From an uncultured archaeon (GTDB lineage Archaea; Micrarchaeota; Micrarchaeia; Micrarchaeales; CABMGC01): DNA of 16,677 nt. Below are positions 1 through 7,352 of this stretch, piece after piece. The stretch covers positions 1-16,677 of the forward strand of contig CAWBCT010000004.1 of assembly GCA_963787445.1 (NCBI GenBank), read 5' to 3'. The stretch's first letter is position 1. Every line of letters begins with the position of its first letter. The translations under genes were made by a program, and so were the position numbers. The notes under the pieces are model-generated. The model had not been told where the DNA came from and ran no database searches. It was given only the letters and a program-made list of their open reading frames with translations.

Positions 1-250
1 CACCGCAAACTCTTCCGCTCGACATCCTACTCTTTCGAGGTAGGAGTTTCAACGGCCTGGAAAAGAGGCGTACAAGACGATCTTGGAGAAGCTTAATGCC
101 GAGCCGCAGAGTTGCCTTTGATAGATGACAACCTGAGGGATCTGCAAGCTGCAAGCGCAGTCGGAATAAGGACGATCCTTTTCACAACGCCGAAACATCT
201 TGGAAGAGGATCTTGTCAACATGAGATTATTGGCGACAGAACTCTGCTGA
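1..250 (+). CDS. HAD-family hydrolase/phosphatase, C-terminal fragment (5'-truncated, frameshifted; stop position uncertain)
   Basis: Joining frames gives EAYKTILEKLNAEPQSCL(F)IDDNLRDLQAASAVGIRTILF, matching the HAD motif IV region (hhhDD..D..AA..G). Confidence 0.75.
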
Positions 251-266
251 CCTCGCCAGAGACATT

Positions 267-797
267 CTATTCGACAATATCTGAGAACTCCTTCATTATC
301 TTAGCGACCTTTGGTCTGACCACGAGCATGCAGTAGGGCTGTATCGGGGTTCTTGTCGTAGTACTTCTGGTGGTGCTCCTCAGCAGGATAGAACTTCTCC
401 AGCTTCTTTACTTCTGTCACTATCGGCTTGTCGTAACTCTTCTGTATGTTCTTTCAATCAACTTCTCCAATGATCGCCTTCTCTTCACCGGTGTTGTACA
501 GTACAATCGACCTGTATTGGTTTCCGGTAATCTCCTTTCCTGTCTGTCGGGTGTGGTCGGATCAATGCATCTCAAAGAAGACCTCCAGAAGCTTCTCGAG
601 CTTTATCACTTTTGGATCATACTCTACCTGGAGAACCTCGGCGTGGCCCTGTGTCCTCGTAGCAGACTTTTTCGTAGGTCGGATCCTTTGTAACCCCGCC
701 CGGCGTATCCCGGCATGGTCTTCTTTACGCCCTTCAATTTCGAGAATACCGCTTCCGTGCACCAGAAGCACCCTCCGCCAAAAACTATACTATCCAT
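267..797 (-). CDS. msrA: Peptide methionine sulfoxide reductase MsrA (frameshifts, probably sequence errors)
   Basis: [18 protein letters not shown] active site, [35 protein letters not shown] stop at 267-269. Confidence 0.93.
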
Positions 798-801
798 ATT
801 A

Positions 802-1173
802 TCACTTCTTGTCATCCTTCGGGATGAACTTCATCGAGATCGAGTTCACACAGTGCCTCACGTTCTTCTTTGTGAAACCTTCCCCGATAAATACGTGGCC
901 CAGGTGCGCTCCGCAGTTTGCGCATTGTATCTCTATTCTCTGTCCGTCAGGATCTGGAATTCTCTTCACTGCGCCCTTTATTTCTTCGTCAAAAGCGGGC
1001 CATCCGCATCCCGCGTCAAATTTGGATTCCGATTTGTAGAGCGGTGCCTCGCATCTCCTGCATATGTAAGTGCCTGCCCTGAAGTTATTGTCGTACTCTC
1101 CAGTGAACGGCGTCTCTGTGCCCTTCTGCACAATCACTCTTTCCTCTTCTTTTGTAAGTTTGTTCAGCTTCAT
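802..1173 (-). CDS. msrB: Peptide methionine sulfoxide reductase MsrB
   Basis: Intact 123-aa ORF with [35 protein letters not shown] and RHCVNS motifs. Confidence 0.97.
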   Translation of the reverse strand: MKLNKLTKEEERVIVQKGTETPFTGEYDNNFRAGTYICRRCEAPLYKSESKFDAGCGWPAFDEEIKGAVKRIPDPDGQRIEIQCANCGAHLGHVFIGEGFTKKNVRHCVNSISMKFIPKDDKK

Positions 1174-1177
1174 TTTA

Positions 1178-1375
1178 TCACGCCTGCTGTGTGTTTTCCG
1201 TTGTGACGATCTTTATCTCGCTTTCTTCGGCCTCAAACCCACACTCGCGATGGGTTGAGTCGCAGAGCGGCATGGTCTTCGACTTTCCGCACCTGCACAG
1301 GTCCGCCTTCACAACGCCGTCGACTATTATCTTGTTTGAGCTGTTCTTTTTTGATTTTATAATTATTTCAGTCAT
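1178..1375 (-). CDS. CDGSH-type iron-sulfur domain protein (~65 aa; likely start MTEIII)
   Basis: LCRCGKSKTMPLCDSTH matches the CDGSH 2Fe-2S motif (C-x-C-x2-S-x3-P-x-C-D-x-x-H). A TATA-like sequence lies ~20-25 nt upstream of the ATG at 1375. Confidence 0.88.
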   Translation of the reverse strand: MTEIIIKSKKNSSNKIIVDGVVKADLCRCGKSKTMPLCDSTHRECGFEAEESEIKIVTTENTQQA

Positions 1376-1437
1376 AATACAACCTAGTGATATTATAAGT
1401 ATTATGTCCATTATTAAATATTGCGCAGACTGATCTC
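1376..1437. promoter_or_regulatory. AT-rich divergent promoter region (CDGSH-msrB-msrA versus prs)
   Basis: TTATAA (~1393-1398) and TTATTAAATA (1411-1420) lie ~20-25 nt upstream of the divergent starts. The region is identical in the right arm. Confidence 0.55.
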
Positions 1438-2311
1438 ATGGTAGTTGTTGCAGGAACCGCGGACAATGGGCTTGCCACCGGCATAGCCAACCTGTTGGGC
1501 AAGGAATGCGTGGCTGTCGAGAAGCGCTCTTTTCCTGACGGGGAGTTTGCCATAAGGTTCCCCAAGAAGTTCGACGGAAAGGACGTGATAATAGTCCAGT
1601 CGACCTACCGTCCGCAGGGGGAGCACATGCTTGAGCTCCTGCTCATGGCCGACGAGCTCCATAGTGCCGGTGCGACCAACATCACCGCGGTGGTGCCCTT
1701 CCTGGCCTATATGCGGCAGGACAAGCGATTCAGGGAGGGCGAGACCATAAGCATAGCCACCATACTGCGACTTCTTACTTCTGCGGGAGTTCAAAATCTT
1801 GTTACCGTGAACCCACACAATCCCGAGACGCTAAAGCAGTTCAGCGGCATCTCCAAGAAAATCGATGCCACCGTCGCGCTGGTTAACGGACTCAAGAAGG
1901 ATTTCCACGAGCCCTTCATCCTGGCTCCGGATGACGGCAGCATAGACATCGGCCAAGAGGGCTTCGCAAATCATGAACTGCGATTACAGCTACATTGACA
2001 AGGGACCAGACCCCAACACCGGCAGGGTGAAGATAACTGGGGGCTGGCAGAGCAACTTCTACGGAAAGCAGGTCATAATAATAGACGACATGATAAGCAC
2101 CGGAGGAACCATGGTCCAGGCGGCCGAGTTCGCCTACGCGAATGGAGCCAAGACCGTCGCCGCGGCTGCGGTGCATCTGATAATGGCCGATGACGCCTAC
2201 GGCAGATTGGTAAGGACCGGGGTCTCAAAGTTCTACGGCACAAATACCATACCTTTTGGGGATGCCGCCATCATTGATCTTTCAAATGAGATAGCAGAAG
2301 TTTTGGTGTGA
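1438..2311 (+). CDS. prs: Ribose-phosphate pyrophosphokinase (PRPP synthase), allele A; frameshift near 1950
   Basis: FPDGE, PFLAYMRQDKRF, ILAPDDG, IIIDDMISTGGT and GTNTI motifs across two overlapping ORFs. Confidence 0.95.
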
Positions 2312-2320
2312 AATACGCCT

Positions 2321-3058
2321 TTAAAATAATTTCAACCTGAAGCAGTCTATCAGGCTTATCCCAGTCTTCTCCAGTCTAAGATTTATCTGCCAATTTTCCA
2401 GACCTCGACCCGCTCGCCCTCCTTGCCGCCCTTATTATCTCCCCTTCCTTACCTTTCGGTTTTGGAACTTTGAACGGCTCTGCATTGTATATGTTGCACA
2501 GCAAAATTATTGCCCTTGAGTCGCCGCTTATTGAACGCGAGATATCCCCAAAATGCTTTATCATCCGGTCAAAACTGGAAAACGGCGCGTTGTTCTCCCG
2601 ATGTGCATCCTGTGGCCCTCGGTCGGTATTATCATTAATGGTGTCTTGACCTCAAGATAGTCCCTTCCGTTTATCAGGAAATCTATCCTCGACCTTCCCA
2701 GCCTCACCTCTCTTTTCACTTCGCTAACTTTTCCGAGCATGTTCTTGACCAGCCCTGCCTTTATGAAAAATTCAACGTACTCGTTGGCCTTGGTCTGGTT
2801 TATCCCTATCCAGGACTTGCCCTTCTTGCCCGGTTCGTCTAGAGAAAAAGCCTCCACAGTGTACTTGGTCGTCCTCTCCGGATTCTTGCTTCTGGATAGA
2901 AGGCACGGGATGTCCTCAAATTTTATGCTGCCTATCCTTCCCGTAGAGGGGCAATGGCACTTCTCCAGCTTCCCGTTGACCATGACGTACATGATGAATC
3001 TATTCGGTCTGGACTTTATCAGTCCTTCAATGAGCGGTTCCTCAAATAAATATTTCAT
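2321..3058 (-). CDS. sfsA: DNA/RNA nuclease SfsA (sugar fermentation stimulation protein), allele A; frameshifted
   Basis: RPNRF, HCPSTGR, GRSRIDFL and YLEVK motifs. C-terminus ...IDCFRLKLF* ends at 2321. Confidence 0.88.
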
Positions 3059-3076
3059 GAATCGAACCTTAGGGCA

Positions 3077-3087
3077 AGCCTCAGAAG
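3077..3087 (-). repeat. Copy of the tRNA-Thr 3' end (CTTCTGAGGCT); att-like direct repeat 2, left arm only
   Basis: AGCCTCAGAAG on + matches 4395-4405 exactly (11 bp). Confidence 0.7.
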
Positions 3088-3189
3088 ACTTAGAATAAGC
3101 TCTTTTTGAGCCCTTAAGTCCGAATCTTAGACTCCCGACGTAAATTCATGGTCTATTAGATTTATATACTAAATGTGGGAATTGTTATT

Positions 3190-3783
3190 ATGAATATTTC
3201 AAAATTAGTCGTTGACAAATTTGTATGGAGGTACAATAATTCAAAACTCCATGTAAAAACACTAGAAAGCGGATTACATTCTGACGTATACATGAACACC
3301 GATTATATTGTTTCAGATGTTACGCTAGTTGAATCGATTGTTAAGAATATCTTTGTCAAAGAGCTTAATACAAGAAAAATAAAACCAGATTGGATTATTT
3401 CATATCCGCCTTTTGGATTAGCTATTGCTTACGCACTTGCAAGACAAATTGGGGCAAGATTTGGCTATGTAGGCACAAAGAACCTAGAATGCAATTTTGA
3501 CATTTTAAAGAATGATGCTGTTATCGTAATCGGAGATGACATTTACTCTGGCCAGAGTATAAAGAAAACAATACAGATTGTAACTAAAAAAGGTGCGGTT
3601 GTTAAAGCACCAATTTTTACAATTGGAAATTTTACAGGAACTGAAACAATTTTGAATTTAGATGTTGTTTCGGCAATATCAGAAAGAGGGCATTTGTATG
3701 AAGAAAAAGATTGTCCCATGTGTAAATCAGGTTCAAAGGCAGTTTCACCAAGAATACAATGGCACGAATTAACTAAAAAGTGA
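3190..3783 (+). CDS. Orotate phosphoribosyltransferase-like type I PRTase (AT-rich), allele A
   Basis: LESGLHSDVY (OPRT-like N-terminal motif), PRPP-binding loop VIVIGDDIYSG and a C-terminal CPMC. 197 aa, matching the length of the right-arm copy. Confidence 0.85.
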   Translation: MNISKLVVDKFVWRYNNSKLHVKTLESGLHSDVYMNTDYIVSDVTLVESIVKNIFVKELNTRKIKPDWIISYPPFGLAIAYALARQIGARFGYVGTKNLECNFDILKNDAVIVIGDDIYSGQSIKKTIQIVTKKGAVVKAPIFTIGNFTGTETILNLDVVSAISERGHLYEEKDCPMCKSGSKAVSPRIQWHELTKK

Positions 3784-3858
3784 CTATATTCTTAAAAATG
3801 GCAGTATTATGCTTAATTCGCTACGCCTTTTGGTAACTTCTTAGAATATGAAGATGCA

Positions 3859-3870
3859 TAGCCTCAGAAG
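3859..3870 (-). repeat. Copy of the tRNA-Thr 3' end (CTTCTGAGGCTA); att-like direct repeat 1
   Basis: TAGCCTCAGAAG on + is identical to 4394-4405 (12 bp). It is also present in the right arm near 12620. Confidence 0.75.
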
Positions 3871-3924
3871 AGTTGCACTGATAAGGAGATACACCTTCGT
3901 TAACCTTTTTAGTGGTCTATTAAT

Positions 3925-4322
3925 CTAGTAATAAGCCACTTCTAATTTCATGCCATCTGGGTCAGCAAAGAATACCGCGTAATACTTCTTCGTGTATTCT
4001 GGATATTTTTGGGGTTTATCGAAAATGTAGGTTCTACTTTTCATAAGCCTGTAAATTGAGTCTACCTTCTTTGTTGAACTTGCCTTAAAGCACAAATGGT
4101 GAAAGCCAGGTGCTAAGAACTTATGTTTGAGCATGGGAACTTTTGCTTGAGTGATCCATATACCAAAGCCTTCCTTAGTTATCCACCTAAGGTTCTCTCA
4201 CTGTATCTTATTTGCTTAAAGCCGAGTTCTTTGAATAATATAGAGTAAAAAGTCTTACTTCTTTGAATGTCAGTTACGGATAGTTTTATGTGACCGGAAG
4301 GGTCAAGCAATTCATTCTTCAT
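3925..4322 (-). pseudogene. VOC/glyoxalase-family gene with a 1-nt frameshift shared by both arms
   Basis: N-part GHIKLSVTDIQRSKTFY; C-part PGFHHLCF...YYAVFFADPDGMKLEV. The span is 398 nt and the frame breaks at ACCTTAGGTGGATAA in both copies. Confidence 0.8.
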
Positions 4323-4394
4323 GAAGAAGTATGGATATGTAAAGCCTAAAAGCATATTCGAAGTGGCCTCTGAGGAATCTTACCTTATCGACCT

Positions 4395-4466
4395 AGCCTC
4401 AGAAGGGAATCGGACCCTCGACCCTCGGTTTACAAAACCGATGCTCTACCACTGAGCTACTGAGGC
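4395..4466 (-). tRNA. tRNA-Thr(UGU), 72 nt, no intron, CCA not encoded
   Basis: Cloverleaf: acceptor GCCTCAG/CTGAGGC, D-arm GCTC/GAGC, anticodon arm TCGGT-TTTGTAA-ACCGA, T-arm GAGGG-TCCGATT-CCCTT, discriminator T. Confidence 0.96.
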
Positions 4467-4524
4467 ACGAGGATAACTCTCCTTTTCAACAAATAAATAC
4501 TTTTGGTTGTCTCCGAATGGAGGG

Positions 4525-5049
4525 CTAGAGAAGGGCTTCGATCTCCGTGATGCTCCGCCAGTTCCTTGTCGTGCTTGGCATCCTGACCAGCTTCTCTATA
4601 AAATTCCCGTTGTACTGGCCCTTACTCAAATCCAGGGTCCAGAAAATTGCCTTGTCCCTTGCAAGCACTATCTCTACTTCGCCTTTGGGCGAACCTCCAG
4701 GCAACTTAATTTCTTTCGGAATCTCCCCTGCGAACAGCGTTACAAACAGGTGACTTGGATTTATCTTCGTTCCCTTGAATGGATTCAATGCAACCATCTT
4801 CTTAAGATATCCTGGTTCGTAGATGAAGACCTCTATCTTCCTGCCAAGCTTCTTTGACAGCGCCTCCCTGATCAGCTTCTCAGCTGCGTCAGGCTTCCTC
4901 TTTGCCTCAAAGATGAGGTTTCCGCTCTGCTTGTAGGTTGAAACGTCCTCAAATCCCAGGGCTGCGACGAGTTCGCGCAGCTCGTCCATCTTTATGACCG
5001 AGTGCCCTCCCACGTTTATTCCGCGCAGGAACGCGACGCACCTGGCCAT
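4525..5049 (-). CDS. DUF1697 domain protein
   Basis: AFLRGINVGG...M.EL...GF.DV.TY.QSGN at the N-terminus and TTRNW near the C-terminus. Intact 174 aa, coupled to the upstream gene by TGATG overlap. Confidence 0.9.
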   Translation of the reverse strand: MARCVAFLRGINVGGHSVIKMDELRELVAALGFEDVSTYKQSGNLIFEAKRKPDAAEKLIREALSKKLGRKIEVFIYEPGYLKKMVALNPFKGTKINPSHLFVTLFAGEIPKEIKLPGGSPKGEVEIVLARDKAIFWTLDLSKGQYNGNFIEKLVRMPSTTRNWRSITEIEALL

Positions 5050-5534
5050 CAGAGCTCAACCTGGCTCCGGTCCGCCCTGAACTTCTGGTGCCTCTTCGGT
5101 TTCAGTTTTGAAACGACATAATCGAACGTTTTGTCGGCGCTCGCCATGGTGCCGGACGTGTAAACGTCGAGCGTTGCGTAGTTGTACTCCAGCCAGGTGT
5201 GCAGCGCGATGTGGCCCACCTGCATTATCGCAATAGCTGTCACACCTCCTTTATTTTCACCGAATGCGAACACCTTTATCTCAACAATGCGCATTCCCCC
5301 GGCGCCTGCCGCCTCCTCGATCATCTTCTTTAGGATTGCAGGGTCGCCGGCGAGGCCCCTGTCCAGCTTGTACAGGTTCCCGAAGACGTGGGAGCCCATG
5401 ATCCTGTCGCCCTCCACCACCTTTAGCTCGTCCAGCCGCTCCTCCTTCTCCTGGGCGTCATGCTTTATCCTCAGGTTCTTGAACGGGTTCGGCTCAGTCG
5501 AGTTCTCCTTTGTCTTGAACGCCAATCGAATCAA
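5049..5534 (-). CDS. speD: S-adenosylmethionine decarboxylase (SpeD/SpeH class 1B)-like protein, probably catalytically inactive; start uncertain
   Basis: G.H..GNLY, GGVTAIAI, HIALHTW.EY.YATLDVYT match the family. The ESH cleavage site reads VGH and the conserved TCG reads TSG. Confidence 0.8.
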   Translation of the reverse strand: MIRLAFKTKENSTEPNPFKNLRIKHDAQEKEERLDELKVVEGDRIMGSHVFGNLYKLDRGLAGDPAILKKMIEEAAGAGGMRIVEIKVFAFGENKGGVTAIAIMQVGHIALHTWLEYNYATLDVYTSGTMASADKTFDYVVSKLKPKRHQKFRADRSQVEL

Positions 5535-5555
5535 CCAGGTTCCTCTGGCTTTCCA

Positions 5556-5631
5556 GGCTTTTATACTTTTCCGAAACAGGCTCGTTAAGCCTAAATATCT
5601 GAAAAATCACCTCCTTTTCGAAGGTTTGACG
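5556..5631. promoter_or_regulatory. Divergent promoter region between the speD-like gene and the hypothetical gene
   Basis: GGAAAAGTATAAAAGCC on - (BRE/TATA-like) and CCTAAATATCTGAAAAATCAC on +. Both are largely conserved in the right arm (10870-10940). Confidence 0.5.
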
Positions 5632-6279
5632 ATGCTAGTTCAAAATCCCCGTGAGGTCCAGAACCAGGCCAGCCGGGCCCTGTCCGAAGCGGTGACGCGG
5701 CTGCCCAGGCAGCAGCGGGAGAAGCTTTCGATGTTCATGCTGGAGGTGCTGAGCAACGTGTACCTCTCGCCCAACGCCCCGTCCTGCCACACCTGGAAGG
5801 TGATCCATCCGATGGGCCAGGTCAGCGCGCACGAGACCGCCTCCAGGATGGTCTGCCTGGGGCTGGGCAACAACCCGGAGATCCCGGCCGAGCTTGGAGT
5901 TTCCCAAAAGACGGCGCAGTTTCTTGACTCCTGGAACGTGGTGGCCAGATTCGCCGATGCGATGCAAAGGTCCGAGCCGCTCGACTCCGTGAACGGGATC
6001 TTCTTCAACCTGCCCCTGCTGGGCACTCCCCAGCCGCTTCCGGCAGCCGTCTCCCAGGAGATCGGCCTGCAAAACTCGCTCATCGCGCAGACGATCGCCA
6101 TGGAGGATGTGCTTTTCGTTGATCGGCCGGCACTGGTTGACGGGGTATATAAGATGAAAGAGGTCCTCCGCCGGGGTTACGGGTTTGCGGGCCAGCTGGG
6201 CGACTCGCTGATCGTATACACCGAGCTTGAGGACTCAAAGGCGCTGGGCAGGCACCTGCAGCGGTGCTACCGCCCCTAG
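5632..6279 (+). CDS. Hypothetical protein (215 aa), allele A
   Basis: Clean ORF from the ATG at 5632, downstream of a TATA-like box, with GC-rich codon usage like its neighbours. A distant homolog sits at the mirror position. Confidence 0.75.
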   Translation: MLVQNPREVQNQASRALSEAVTRLPRQQREKLSMFMLEVLSNVYLSPNAPSCHTWKVIHPMGQVSAHETASRMVCLGLGNNPEIPAELGVSQKTAQFLDSWNVVARFADAMQRSEPLDSVNGIFFNLPLLGTPQPLPAAVSQEIGLQNSLIAQTIAMEDVLFVDRPALVDGVYKMKEVLRRGYGFAGQLGDSLIVYTELEDSKALGRHLQRCYRP

Positions 6280-6323
6280 AAGGCACGTATTTTAGCTGTT
6301 GAGAGCCATTTAATACTGTTTTA

Positions 6324-7352
6324 ATGCAGCTCTCCAGTCTGCTCAAGGATCTCCCAAAGGAAGTCGTAGAGTCAGCGGAGCAGCGGGGCATCAAATCACT
6401 AACTCCTCCTCAGGAACTTGCCGTGTCCAAAGGACTTCTATCGGGCTCTAACGTAGTCGTTGCGGCGCCCACCGCCAGCGGGAAGACCTTCATAGCCGAG
6501 ATGGCGATGCTGCGCTCCGTCCTGTGGGACCGGAAGAAGGCGGTCTACGTGGCGCCCATGCGCGCGCTCGTGAGCGAGAAGTACAATGAGATAAAGCAGG
6601 CCTATCCCTACCTCAAGGTCGCGATCTCGATCGGCGAGCTCGACGCCCTGGACACCTACCTTGAGAAGTACGACATTCTCTTCGTCTCCACGGAGAAGCT
6701 CGACAGCCTCATCCGCCACGGGATAGGCTGGCTCGACTCCGTCGGATGCATAGTGATAGACGAGCTTCACATGCTGGGAGAGCTGGGACGAGGTCCGACT
6801 CTTGAGATATTAATAACCAGGCTCAGGCGTTCCTGCCCTTCCGCCCAGATGCTGGGCCTCAGCGCGACCGTGGGCAACGCCGAGGAGATGGCCTCCTGGC
6901 TTGGAGCCAAACTGGTGGTCAGCGAGTTCCGGCCCGTACCTCTGGAGAAGGGGGTGATAGTCAAGAGCGAGATTAGCTTCGGCGACCGGCACGAGAAGAT
7001 GTCCGGGAGCAGCGCGATTCCCGAGATAAGGATAATGCAGGACACGCTGGACAAGAAGAAGCAGATACTTCTATTCTATTCAACCAAGAGGAACACCGAG
7101 TCAGGGGCGGAGAAGCTTTCCGAGGCTGTTGCGCCTTTGCTCTCTGCGGATGACAGGGTCGCCCTTGAAGAAGCCTCCGCAGAGATACTGGGCGCCCTCA
7201 CCAAGCCCACGAGCCAGTGCGAAAAGCTGGCGAAACTCGTCAAGTCAGGAGTAGCGTTCCACCATGCGGGCCTAATAAATGCACAGCGTGCGGTCGTTGA
7301 AGATTACTTTAAGAGGGGAATAATAAAGGCAGTTTGCGCGACTACAACACTT
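6324..7352 (+). CDS. hel308: Ski2-like ATP-dependent DNA helicase Hel308/Hjm, N-extein, allele A (C-extein not in window)
   Basis: [40 protein letters not shown] and ATTTL (motif V), followed directly by the intein Cys. Confidence 0.93.

Noticed and set aside
370-1433. Plus-strand ORFs 370-693, 446-1039, 715-1206, 1191-1433 and similar shadow ORFs elsewhere
   Set aside because: They are antisense or alternate-frame shadows of recognisable genes and have no motifs of their own.
3077-4405. CRISPR array
   Set aside because: The repeats are only 11-12 bp, spaced by whole genes (535-780 bp) and derived from a tRNA. No cas genes are present.
5182-5631. N-terminal 150 aa of the 365-aa ORF 5182-6279
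   Set aside because: It is antisense to the speD-like gene and crosses the promoter region. The ATG at 5632 follows a TATA-like box and matches the right-arm start.
1438-7352. Diversity-generating retroelement explaining the arm differences
   Set aside because: Differences are not adenine-specific, span kilobases of housekeeping genes and are mostly synonymous. No reverse transcriptase is present.
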